Positions 39,029 to 49,306 of a stretch of 64,000 nucleotides of DNA are shown here, one piece after another; position 1 is the stretch's first letter; the number at the start of each line of letters is the position of its first letter. The stretch lies in the NCBI GenBank assembly GCA_965217585.1, contig OZ244561.1, positions 768,001 to 832,000 of the forward strand, written 5' to 3'. Below the pieces are notes generated by a model, which did not search any database, was not told the DNA's origin, and saw only the letters and a list, made by a program, of their open reading frames with translations. Source of the DNA: Candidatus Latescibacterota bacterium (lineage in GTDB: Bacteria; Latescibacterota; UBA2968; UBA8231). Made by a program: the position numbers and the translations under genes.

Positions 39029-40351
39029 TCACTCCACCGCCACCAATTGCTGCGCCAAAGAGCCTTCCCGCGTCAAGGCATACACCAAGATGTTGACGCC
39101 GAGGTCATAGGCCGGGAACTCGTCCGCGACGGCGACAAAACGACCGAGAATGCTGCGGGCTCGATCCCACTCGCGTTGCCGCTCGGCCTCGCCCCCCCAC
39201 ATATCTGGGTAGCGCTTTTGCGAATAGAGCCCCACTAGACGGCCATCGACCTCAATGCCCTCCAGGTAATTGGGCGACGGTTCGGCGCGGCCCGCAGTGG
39301 CAGTGTTCCAATACCAGTCGCTGAGGTCCCAGAAGCCCCGCGGCAGGGTGTCGATGTCGTAGAAGCAATGATAGAGCGGGTGCTCCGGCAGCAGCCGCAC
39401 AAAAGCCCAATCTTTGCCCTCGGCGTAGCCTATCTGCGCAAAGGCCTGGCGGATGAAATCGCGCAACGCCGGCAGATCGTGCACAAGGCCCTCGCCGATT
39501 TCTAGGGGCACAGAGACGATATCCGTATAGAGGAACCCCCCGGACGTCAGGTAGCGCCCCAGATTTTTCGCTTCGGCCTGAGTGAACGCCACCTCGTAGT
39601 TGATCGTCAGCAGCAGAAACGGCACTTGCAGCAGGCGCGGATCGTCCAAGTCAATGCCGTCGAGCACTTGGGTGCGCACGCCCGTGCGCTGGCTCATTTT
39701 GTCGGCCAGTCCCCGCAGGGTGCGCCGCTCGGCGACGCTCCGCCGGACAAAACCGCTGCGCGGCATCACTGCGGATTCGGCGCGCTCGAGGGCTTCGCTG
39801 TGGACACCCGATAGGTAGAGGAAGCCCTTGAGCGCGCGCCGGTCGCGTGGATCAACGACCACTAACGCCCGATGGCGACCCGTGTCGAGGGCATCCACGT
39901 CGAGCAATTCCATGTTCAGGTCGATCTCTTCTGCTTCCTGGTGGACCCCCTTTACGACGCCCGTGCGCATCTGAGGACCGATGTGTTGCGTCGGCGGGAG
40001 AGAAGAAGTAACCGTCGGCAAAACAGGGGGCGGAGCCTCGGTGACGGTTAGGGGTATGGACATGCCCTGACGCAGGTTGCGGCGGGTGGTTAAGGGGGCG
40101 GGGCGGACCGCGGCCACGGGGGTCGGTCGCACCGCTGGACGGCGCACCAGAGGTCTTTGTATCTGCGGGGACACCTGCCGACGAGCTAGGAGGCGGCGGT
40201 CGGGCGGTGGGCTTTTGTCAAATTTCAATAATATGGGTCGCCGGTGCTCTAGCGGCTGGTCGGCGCTCCAGAGGAAGAGCAAGGATAGATGGAGCACCGC
40301 AGAGAGCCCGATGAATCCGGCGATGCGGAGACGCTGGGGGGATCGGGGCAT
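39029..40351 (-). CDS. DUF4159 protein with a TonB-like N-terminus (paralogue of 29982-31313)
   Basis: Near-identical N-half to 29982-31313; C-terminal LGVNILVYALTREGSLA. Confidence 0.8.
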   Translation of the reverse strand: MPRSPQRLRIAGFIGLSAVLHLSLLFLWSADQPLEHRRPILLKFDKSPPPDRRLLARRQVSPQIQRPLVRRPAVRPTPVAAVRPAPLTTRRNLRQGMSIPLTVTEAPPPVLPTVTSSLPPTQHIGPQMRTGVVKGVHQEAEEIDLNMELLDVDALDTGRHRALVVVDPRDRRALKGFLYLSGVHSEALERAESAVMPRSGFVRRSVAERRTLRGLADKMSQRTGVRTQVLDGIDLDDPRLLQVPFLLLTINYEVAFTQAEAKNLGRYLTSGGFLYTDIVSVPLEIGEGLVHDLPALRDFIRQAFAQIGYAEGKDWAFVRLLPEHPLYHCFYDIDTLPRGFWDLSDWYWNTATAGRAEPSPNYLEGIEVDGRLVGLYSQKRYPDMWGGEAERQREWDRARSILGRFVAVADEFPAYDLGVNILVYALTREGSLAQQLVAVE

Positions 40352-40422
40352 AGTCGGTTTAGACTTTTCTCGTCTAAGTGTAAACATCTAATAGCGCTAG
40401 CGTTGTCGGTGGGTCGGGGCGT

Positions 40423-42579
40423 CTATTCGAGTTTGACCATCTTGCGAGTGCGCGTCTGGTCGCCCACATGTAACCGATACAAATAGACCCCAGCGGCGAC
40501 GGGTTGGCCCCACTCGTCCCGGCTATCCCAAGTCAGCCGGTGCGAACCGGCCGCCAGTGGACCAGCCCACAATTGGCGCACCGGCTGCCCCAACGTGTTG
40601 TAGATGGTTAAGTCCACATCGCCGGCTCCAGCGGATACCGTAAAGGGGATGGTCGTGGCCGGATTGAACGGGTTGGGGTAATTGGCACCAAGGACAAACG
40701 AAACCGGCTGATATCCCCCTATTGTTTCGGCGACTGCCGTGGCCTCGTCCGAAGTAGTGTTGAGCAGCACATGCACTCCTCCTCCCCCTACAGCAGCCGA
40801 CTCCGACACTACTATATCTACATCGTCATCGCCGTCTAGGTCGCCGGCAGCGATGCTCCCACCCGGTCCACTGAGAGGGTAGTAGCCCTCCTGTCGTGGT
40901 GGACCGTTCTCCTGACCTAGGTGAACCACGACGCCGGGATGGCGAAAATCGCTGTTGACGAAAACCAAATCGAGCCGACCGTCGCCGTTCAGGTCTCGGG
41001 ACAGGACCCTGCCGACGAGGACCACGTCCCGGTGTAACCGCATCTCCTCCAAGCCCCCATCGTCCGTGTTGATCCCTAGGGTCAGCCCTTTGAACATCGG
41101 ATTATTATCAAAAATTTTCACATCGGCCGTGGCCCAATCCACATCCCCGTCCCGGTCAAAATCTCCCACATAGCGGAGCAGGCTAGACTGTTCAAGATGG
41201 TCTATCCGAACGGGGAGAGACCTAATCTCCAGCTCTCCGACCGCATTGATATGCGTCGTCTTGTAGCCCGCCCCCGGATTGTCAAAAGGCGGCCGCCACA
41301 ACATACCTGGCACTTGGCTCACGCCTATCGCCTCTATGAACCGGGACGGCTGAAACCCCATCTGTGGGCTCAGCGACAGGCTATTCTGCGAGCCAAATTG
41401 GCCCGTGCCGTCGTTTAACAGCACCAGCACGTCGGCGTCGTCAAAGCCAAAGTTCATGAGGCCCCACATATCTTCGTAGCCATCTCCATTAATGTCCGCC
41501 AAGGCAAAAGACGAAAAGGTTTTGTAGTCGAAAAAGAAAGAGCCTAACTCTTCTTCAGTGAAACCCTCTGCGCCATAATTGACGAGCACCTCGATGGTCG
41601 CTCCGTTTGACACCACGATATCTAACAACCCGTCTCTATTGATATCGCCACCGTTTATGCGTGACCACCCCCTCGGTGTTGGCACCGTCTTCGCATACCC
41701 GTATGAAAATCCGCCTGAACCGTCTCCAAACGCGACGAGCCAGCCTTTTCTTACCTTTGCAACCCACTGGGCAACCAAGTCTATCGTCCCGTTCCCGTCC
41801 ACATCACCCAGCAACGGTGCAAATTGTGTACTCGGTCGCACCTCCAGAGGATGGAAAGTGGGCGAGTTAAACAAGCGGCCAAAGGAGGCGGACAACTCTA
41901 CTGCGGGCGGCGGCAGTTCGCCCTGGATCAGCTCTTCCACGCCCGTCAACTGTATCCAGTCGATCTCCACGGCCTCCGGCACCTCGTCTGCTCCCTGCAC
42001 CAAGGCATTCTCTGAGCCCGCTGTAGATAGCTGTAGATCGATCCGTATGTCGTCCAATGCCCCTTCCCATAAGATGTTGACCAACCTGCCGCTCAATTCG
42101 GAGGGCCTCGTCTCCAAATCTGCGTAGACGATCTCCTGCCAGTCCGTGGTATAGACATGCTGCTGGAAAACCCAGAAGAAGACATTCCGATCTACTTGTT
42201 CACGAGGTTCCCAACCAGGGGTCAAGCGATTGTGCGCATTGGTCCAGTGGAGTTGAGAACTACCAAAAATCGGGTCGGTATGCACCACGCGAAGACGCAC
42301 CCGGACCCGATCAAACAGACCGGAATCCTGCCCGATAAGAGGAGAGACTAACTGGAGCGACGGATTGCGCCCACGCTCAAAGGGGGGTATATCAATGCGC
42401 CAGACCCCATCGCTCACTTCTGAGCGCAAGTGGGCTAGAGTATTCGTAGGGACGTCCGAGTAGAAGCTTTCGCGGGCGGTCCAACCTTGGGTGTCTCCTG
42501 CTGCGTCGAATTCCCAGGTTATAGCGCCAGCGCGGGGAATTTGAGTGGCGAGGAACAGAACCGCGAATAGAACTTTCAT
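40423..42579 (-). CDS. FG-GAP + CTD paralogue (copy 3, divergent subtype)
   Basis: AITWEFDAAGDTQGW, PEAVEIDWIQLTG, FG-GAP repeats, NYPNPFN...RKMVKLE. Confidence 0.88.
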   Translation of the reverse strand: MKVLFAVLFLATQIPRAGAITWEFDAAGDTQGWTARESFYSDVPTNTLAHLRSEVSDGVWRIDIPPFERGRNPSLQLVSPLIGQDSGLFDRVRVRLRVVHTDPIFGSSQLHWTNAHNRLTPGWEPREQVDRNVFFWVFQQHVYTTDWQEIVYADLETRPSELSGRLVNILWEGALDDIRIDLQLSTAGSENALVQGADEVPEAVEIDWIQLTGVEELIQGELPPPAVELSASFGRLFNSPTFHPLEVRPSTQFAPLLGDVDGNGTIDLVAQWVAKVRKGWLVAFGDGSGGFSYGYAKTVPTPRGWSRINGGDINRDGLLDIVVSNGATIEVLVNYGAEGFTEEELGSFFFDYKTFSSFALADINGDGYEDMWGLMNFGFDDADVLVLLNDGTGQFGSQNSLSLSPQMGFQPSRFIEAIGVSQVPGMLWRPPFDNPGAGYKTTHINAVGELEIRSLPVRIDHLEQSSLLRYVGDFDRDGDVDWATADVKIFDNNPMFKGLTLGINTDDGGLEEMRLHRDVVLVGRVLSRDLNGDGRLDLVFVNSDFRHPGVVVHLGQENGPPRQEGYYPLSGPGGSIAAGDLDGDDDVDIVVSESAAVGGGGVHVLLNTTSDEATAVAETIGGYQPVSFVLGANYPNPFNPATTIPFTVSAGAGDVDLTIYNTLGQPVRQLWAGPLAAGSHRLTWDSRDEWGQPVAAGVYLYRLHVGDQTRTRKMVKLE

Positions 42580-42672
42580 CCTTTTACTCCTAATTGCACT
42601 ACTTCGGTCACAGTATAGTCGAGCTTAGACCTCAAAGGTCAACAACAGACGAATCCTCTTAGGTCAGGGCGT

Positions 42673-44837
42673 CTATTCGAGTTTGACCATCTTGCGGGTA
42701 CGCGTCTGCTCGTCCACCTGCACCCGATACAAATAGACTCCGTCGGCGACGGATTGGCCCTGCGCGTCCCGGCCATCCCATGTCAACCGATGCGAGCCGG
42801 CCGCCAGCGGACCCGCCCACACGTGGCGCACCGGCTGCCCTAAGATGTTATAGATGGTTAAGTCCACATCCCCGGCTCCGGCAGGTACGGTAAGGGGGAT
42901 GGTTGTGGCGGGATTGAACGGATTAGGATAGTTAGCACCCAAAGCAAAGGCCATTGGCGTTGCCGCCGTCTCGGCCGCGATAGCGGTGGCTGGAACGCCT
43001 TGGTTGAGGAAGACGAAGGCCCCGCCGGGACCGCCTTCCACACTCCGCCCCAGCACCACCAGATCGGTCGCCCCATCGCCGTTTACATCGCCGGCGAGCA
43101 CTTGGCTACCAATGCCCGGCAGGGGGTAGCGCCCTTCGACGACGGGCACCCCATCGCGCTGGCCGACCAGCACCACCAGCGCCGACCCGGTGGCCACGTT
43201 GACATCGACCACGGCCAGGTCCAACAGGCCATCGCCGGTCAGGTCACTGGCAAGGACCCCACCCTCATCCGACACGAGCACCTGCGGCCCGAGCAGGGTG
43301 TGGCGTTCCACCCCGCCCGAGGCGTCCACACGCCACAGCGCCAAACCGTGGTGGGTGGTGGCACCAAAAAAGTCGAAGTATAGATTCCGCTCAGGGGTCC
43401 CGACGAACTCCACCGCCCCATCGCCATCCAGATCGGTGAGTAGGTACAGGTCACAGGGATTGACCGCGGCCTCAAAAAACAGCGGTGGCTGCTGGCTGGC
43501 CGCCCACGGCTGGGTCAGTTGCCAAGGCCCCGTGGGCTTGTAGCACACTCGGTTCCACAACAGGCGCACGGCCTCGCCCAACGGTTGCCCAGCGAGCAGA
43601 AAAGGATTGAGCTCCTCTTCGCTGTCGAGGGCGAACCAATCACTGTGGGCAAAACCGGCCGCGCCGTCATTGATCCACAGAGTCACGTTGGACCACGTGT
43701 CGCCTTCTATGACCAACAGGTCCACATCGCCGTCGCCATCGCCATCGGCTAGGCCAAGGGAAAAGACGTCGGATAGCTGGAGGATGGTTTCAAAGCCATT
43801 CTCGCCCCGGTTGAGCCACAATTCGAGGGTCAGACCTTCCCGAAAGGCCAAATCGAGCAGCCCATCCCCGTCGAAATCGCCCCCTGCAATCTCCATGATA
43901 GGCGCGAACTCGCCTTGGCTTGGGCGGAGAACCTCTCGGGTGGGGACCAAGCCGCCCAAACCGTCGCTGGTCGCTACCGTCCAGCCCGCTTGGGCCGTCA
44001 TCGTACTCGTCTCTGGGACACCGTGTAGTGTGTCCAGACCACTACCAGATCGGCATCGCCATCGCCGTCCACATCGCCCAAAGTACCTTGCGATAGTGGG
44101 CCACCGATACCTTGGCCCAGCACAGAAAAGCGCGGTTCGGCGAACAACGCGCCGGGCGACCCGGCCTCCACGGCGATCTCCCGGGGCGGCAATTCCCCCA
44201 GCACCAGCTCTTCGGCCCCCGTCAGTTGAATCCAGTCCACTTCGACAAAGGCTGGATGATCGGCCGGGCCCTGTGGGTCGATGTTTAAGTTTAGGTCTAG
44301 TTGCAAGTGGAAGAGGGTGTCCTGCCAAGTGATCGCGAGCCACTCTTCTTCTGGGTTCGCTTCCGCCGCGGCCTCCAAGGCGCGTATGTCTATGGTGACG
44401 TTTTCCCATTCCGTGGGATAGAGTTGATAACGGCCCGTATAAAACCCCGCCCGGCTGTCCATTCCGCGGTCGCCTGCTTCCTTCCTGAGGTGTCTGGACT
44501 CGACATTGGACCAGTCCATCAGGAGGTTCCCCTCGGTGGGGCGATCGTGTACGATGCGTAGCCGTAGGGTGACCCGGTCGAACAGGGCGGAGTCTTCCCC
44601 AATCAGCGGCGAGAGCAAGCGAATGGCTGGTCGTTGACCGACCGGCACCGGCGCAATGCGCCAGACGCCGTCTTCGACTTCGCTGTACACCGTGGTGGGA
44701 CTAACTCCACCGTTATTGCCTAAGTAGCTCTCGTGGGCCGTCCAGCCCCAAGTGGTGCCCTCGTCAAAATCCCACGTTAAGGCAAAGGCGCTAGGTGGAG
44801 CCGCCAATAACAAAATTGCTAAGAGAACACAGTGCAT
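42673..44837 (-). pseudogene. FG-GAP + CTD paralogue (copy 4), frameshifted near 44000-44035
   Basis: N-half is in ORF 43998-44837 and C-half in the frame of 42673-44409. The 2165-nt span is not a multiple of 3. Confidence 0.85.
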
Positions 44838-44931
44838 TGTTTGCCTCCAGAGTTTGTGGTCGTGCGGTTTAGCTGCCTCATCTCCAAGCCCTATCGCCTA
44901 TTCGAGTTTGACCATCTTGCGGGTGCGCGTC
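44838..44931 (-). repeat. Conserved 60-bp cassette spacer plus orphan 3' end of a CTD (TRTRKMVKLE*)
   Basis: 44898-44931 CTATTCGAGTTTGACCATCTTGCGGGTGCGCGTC matches the FG-GAP gene ends. The spacer matches 47102-47161 and 49247-49306. Confidence 0.9.
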
Positions 44932-44968
44932 GTGCTTAATTAAACCGTATTGATCTTAAAACGGCTTC

Positions 44969-47101
44969 TCACAAGCTCGCCTCAATCGCCGCTACCGTCG
45001 CGTCTGTATTCCCCCTTAAGCCAGAATCCTCCACGATCAGCCCTTGTGAGTCCACCAAGTAATACGAAGGAATGCCCATCACTTGGTAGGACTTGGCCAC
45101 GTCCGCACCCCAGCCGTCCCCCCGCACGTGGACGCCTTTGATCTCGTGTTTGTCAATCGCCTCTCGCCAAGCAGCCTCATCCGCGTCCAGCGATATGTTG
45201 AGGAAGACGACCGGCCAGCCAGACGTCTTTTCCTTGACTTCTCGGAGATAGGGTAGGTCGCCGATACACGGGACACACCAACTCGCCCAGAAGTCGAGCA
45301 GAACCACCTGCCCCTTGAACTGGCTCAGCGATACCGGCTGACCGTCGAGGTCGTCGAGGGTAAAGTCGGGGGCGGCTTGTCCGGGTTGTAGCTTCATGGC
45401 GGTAGCCAGAGCCACTAGGACGGCCTCATTGTATTCCGGATACGGGTTGATCTGTTGGAACTCTTCCCACTTGCGCTGGGCCGCCGCAAAGCCTTCACTG
45501 CCACCGCGCTTGAGCGTATTGATCAGCTCTCCGGCTAAAAACCAGTAGAGCACTCTCCCCTCCAGTTTTTCTTTGGCCAAGTTGTATTTAGACCCAAACC
45601 AGTGTCCTTTTTCGGCATAGATCGAATCGAGTTGCGCTTGGGCGGCTTCCGATAGTCCCAAGCCCGATAGATCAATCTTCGCCGACAGCCCGAGCGGTTG
45701 GCGATGTTCGTACATCGAGTCGAGCTGGGCCTGAGCGGCTTCCGACAGCCCCAAGCCCGATAAATCGAGCTTTGCAGACAGCTTGAGTGGCTCTTTGGTT
45801 AGGGAATTCCACGGTACTGAGAAAGGCTTATGGAACACCACCTCTCCGTCCGTCGTATCCGCCCTAGGCTTCTCTTCCTCACTTGGGTAGACGTTGAGAG
45901 CCCTAGCGGACTTTTCGTACAGAGAGTCGAGTTGCGCGTGGGCACTTTCCGAAACACCAAACGCCGATAAATCGTACAGTTCGGACAGCTTGAGCCAGCG
46001 GCCATCCCTTTCGTACAGAGAATCGAGTTGCACTTGGGCACTCGCTGAAACACCAACCACGGACAAATTGACCATTTTCGACAGCACGGGCTGTCGGCCG
46101 TCCTTTTCGTACAGGGAGTCGAGTTGCGCTTGGATCTCCTCCGACAACTCCAAACCCGATAGATCGTACCGCTTGGATAGCTTGGGGGGGCTCCATTCGA
46201 ACTCGTTATGGTCTTCCTAGCCCAAGGTCCTCTCCACAAACTCGCGATAATGCCAGACGCCTATGGCCTTTTCGTCCACTAGGGGGAATTCCTGCAGGAA
46301 GTCGTAGTACTCTGGGGTGATGTCTCTGTTCTTGCGTTTGTTGGCAAAGCGGTAAGCCGTCGAGTAAGACATCATCTCATTGACCCACATATAGTTGACG
46401 TAGTTTGTCACATAGTCGATGCACCCTAAAGACAGCGCATATCGCTCGCGCCCTGCGGCCAAGAACTCGAACTGATCTCGCCGCTGCTGTTCCATGCGGC
46501 GCGAAAACTCTTCCAACTCCAGACCCTCGTAATCGAGGTGGAAGAATTGGAAGCGCGGAAACCACTCGGAAGTGAAGCGGCTGTTGTCTGCGTTGGAGCC
46601 GCTGAACGAATAGGAAGGAACGAAAAAGCCCTCCTCCACGGCCACGTGCAGACTGTCGCCGGGTTCGACGAAGAGAGTCAGGAATTTGCGCTCGAAAAGG
46701 AACGATCCTAACCACTGTACCCATTTCCATCTCGGCTGCCCGCCTTCGAAATACCCCCAGACGAGGGTCCCTCGGACGACAGGCAGCTCAAGGGCGAAGC
46801 GATCCAAGCTGTCGAGCGCGACGCGCTGCTCGGGGCTTTCCAGCGCCGACAGCGATTCGTACCTAAATGTGATTTCCCGCGAGCGAGGATCCCGGACTTC
46901 GCCGGTGATGATCACAACCGATGGCTGGCTCTGAGTACTATCTGCGTCCAAACGAGGACTCGCTACCATGCTTTCGCTGCTCACCATGGTAGCCGTTGCG
47001 GAACTCTCCTGTGCCGCCCAGCCCTCGGCGAAATCCCACGTTAAGTCAGAGACTCCGTGTGGAGCCGCCACCAACAACATTGCAAAGAGAACGCGGCGCA
47101 T
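44969..47101 (-). pseudogene. TlpA/redoxin with an FG-GAP-derived leader and helical repeats, one in-frame TAG at 46217-46219
   Basis: ORFs 46217-47101 and 44969-46153 share a frame with 63 open nt between them. FWASWCVPC, GIPSYYLVD; leader MRRVLFAMLLVAAPHG...LTWDFAEGWAAQE. Confidence 0.85.
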
Positions 47102-47161
47102 AATACACCTCCAGAGTTTGTGGTCGTGTGGTTTAGATCCCTCATCTCCAAGCCCTATCGT
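47102..47161 (-). repeat. Conserved 60-bp cassette spacer
   Basis: ...CCTCCAGAGTTTGTGGTCGTGTGGTTTAGATCCCTCATCTCCAAGCCCTATCGT. Confidence 0.85.
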
Positions 47162-49246
47162 CTATTCGATTTTGACCATCTTGCGGGTACGCGTCTGATC
47201 ATCCACCTGCAACCGATACACATAGACCCCAGTGGCGACGGGTTGACCCTGCGCATCCCGGCCATCCCAAGTCAGCCGATGCTCGCCAGCGGGCAGCGGC
47301 CCCGTCCACACCTGGCGCATCGGCTGCCCCAGGACATTGTAGATGGTTAAGTCCACGTTCCTCGCTCCGGCGGGTACGACCAAGGGGATGGTCGTGGTGG
47401 GATTGAACGGATTGGGATAGTTGGCACCTAAAGCAAAGGCTGTTGGCGTGGCCGCCTCGGCCGCTATTGCTGTGGCCGGAGTGCCTTGGTTGGTCAAGAC
47501 GAAGACGCCGCCTTGGCCGCTGGCCGGATTCGTTCCCAGCACGACCAGATCGATGTCGCCATCGCCGGTGACATCGCCGGTGAGGACCTGATTGCCCTCG
47601 CCGGGCAGGGGGTAGTAGCCTTCGAAGACGGGTGCGCCGTCGCGCTGGCCGAGCCACACCAATAGAGCCGGACGACCGATGCTCAAGTTGCCAGCGACCA
47701 TAGCCACATCCAGCACGCCATCGCCGTTGAGGTCGCTGGCCGTGGCTGCGTGCGCCGGGAGCACCTTCCAATCGAGCAAGGAATGGCGTGCCACCACGCC
47801 GGAGGCGTCCAGACGCCACAGGGACAAGCCGTAGTAGTGGTTGCCGAAGAAGAAAAAACCTTTGGGGGAGTCGAGTAGGTCCACCATCCCATTGCCGTCG
47901 AGATCAGCCATCAGGTGCAGGGCGGAGGGATTGACCGCGGCCTCGAAAGAGCGCGGTGGTTCTGGGATGGCGGCCCACGGTCGGGTCAGTTGCCAAGGCC
48001 CCTGGGCCTGGTACCACAACAGGCTCGCAGCTTCGCCGAGGGGTTGCCCGGCGGGTAGGTAGGCAGGGAAATGCTCTCCGCTGTCGAGGATGAATTCCTC
48101 GCCGCGGACAAAGTCGTAGCCGTCGTTGATCCATAGAACCACTTTTCGGGACAACGCGTCGTACTCCCCGACCAACAGGTCCGTATCGCCGTCGCCGTCG
48201 CCATCGGCCAAGCCAACGAGCCAGACATCGAACAGTTGCAGGGAGGGTTCAAAGCCGTCGCCCCAGTTGTACCACACTTCGACGATTCCGTTCTCGTCAA
48301 CGACCAGATCTAGGAGTCCATCGTCGTCGAAGTCGTTTCCCCAGAGGTCCATGATTGGAAAGGAGTCAAAGGATGCGGTGGTTGAGAGAGTGACCTCTTG
48401 GGTGGGTTCAAAGCCGCCTAGCCCGTCGTTGGACGCCACCGTCCAGCCTAGTTGTCTTTCGCGGTCCACGAGGCGGTTCCAAGCCACCACGAGATCCGCA
48501 TCGCCATCGCCGTCTACGTCGCCCACCGCGCCTTGCGATGCTCGCCAATAGATTGGGGTGCCGATGCCCTTTCCAAGCGGAAAAAAGTCGGGGGCGGCGA
48601 ACAGCGTGCCGGGCGGCTCCAACTCCACACCGATATCCCTAGGCACCAATTCCCCCTGCGCCAACTCTTCGGCTCCTGTGAGCTGGATCCAGTCTATTTC
48701 TAGAAACTTTGGGTGGTTGTCCACGTCCTGCGAGTCCCGATATAACAGCATGTCTATAAAAAAATTAAAAAGAGTATCCTGCCAGGTGATCGCCCATTCT
48801 GTGTCTGCTTCTGCCAAGGCGCGTAGATCTACGGTGATGTCTTCCCATTCGATGGGATACGATTGCTCACGTCCCGTACTAAACACTCCTTTTGTGTCAG
48901 AGTCAGGGTGGCTCACGGCATTGGACCAAATCATCGAGAATTGTTCCTCAGTGGGGCTATGGTGTATGAGGCGCAGCCGTAGGGTGAGGCGGTCGAACAG
49001 GGCCGAGTCTTGCCCGATCAACGGTGAGCGCAATTGAACAGTGGGTCTGCGACCAGGCACGGGCGCAATGCGCCAGACGCCATCGACGACTTCGCTCTGT
49101 AGTGGTTCGAGACTGCCTCTTGTATTGCTATGAAAACCTTCCCGGGCGGTCCAGCCCCAAGTGGAGCCGTCGGCGAAATCCCACGTTAAGGCAAAGGCCC
49201 CGTGTGGAGCCGCCACCAGCAACATTGCAAAGAGAACGCGGCGCAT
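47162..49246 (-). CDS. FG-GAP + CTD paralogue (copy 5)
   Basis: Same architecture; very similar to copy 6 outside the loops. Confidence 0.88.
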   Translation of the reverse strand: MRRVLFAMLLVAAPHGAFALTWDFADGSTWGWTAREGFHSNTRGSLEPLQSEVVDGVWRIAPVPGRRPTVQLRSPLIGQDSALFDRLTLRLRLIHHSPTEEQFSMIWSNAVSHPDSDTKGVFSTGREQSYPIEWEDITVDLRALAEADTEWAITWQDTLFNFFIDMLLYRDSQDVDNHPKFLEIDWIQLTGAEELAQGELVPRDIGVELEPPGTLFAAPDFFPLGKGIGTPIYWRASQGAVGDVDGDGDADLVVAWNRLVDRERQLGWTVASNDGLGGFEPTQEVTLSTTASFDSFPIMDLWGNDFDDDGLLDLVVDENGIVEVWYNWGDGFEPSLQLFDVWLVGLADGDGDGDTDLLVGEYDALSRKVVLWINDGYDFVRGEEFILDSGEHFPAYLPAGQPLGEAASLLWYQAQGPWQLTRPWAAIPEPPRSFEAAVNPSALHLMADLDGNGMVDLLDSPKGFFFFGNHYYGLSLWRLDASGVVARHSLLDWKVLPAHAATASDLNGDGVLDVAMVAGNLSIGRPALLVWLGQRDGAPVFEGYYPLPGEGNQVLTGDVTGDGDIDLVVLGTNPASGQGGVFVLTNQGTPATAIAAEAATPTAFALGANYPNPFNPTTTIPLVVPAGARNVDLTIYNVLGQPMRQVWTGPLPAGEHRLTWDGRDAQGQPVATGVYVYRLQVDDQTRTRKMVKIE

Positions 49247-49306
49247 TGTTTACCTCCAGAGTTTGTAGTCGTGCGGTTTAGCTCCCCCACCTCCAAGCCC
49301 TATCGT
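49247..49306 (-). repeat. Conserved 60-bp cassette spacer
   Basis: TGTTTACCTCCAGAGTTTGTAGTCGTGCGGTTTAGCTCCCCCACCTCCAAGCCCTATCGT. Confidence 0.85.

Noticed and set aside
46217-46219. Genome-wide TAG recoding or pyrrolysine
   Set aside because: TAG terminates many intact genes here (e.g. the FG-GAP copies) and no pyl genes are in the window.
44838-49306. Integron attC sites in the 60-bp spacers
   Set aside because: No RYYYAAC...GTTRRRY pair or long imperfect palindrome, and no integrase in the window.
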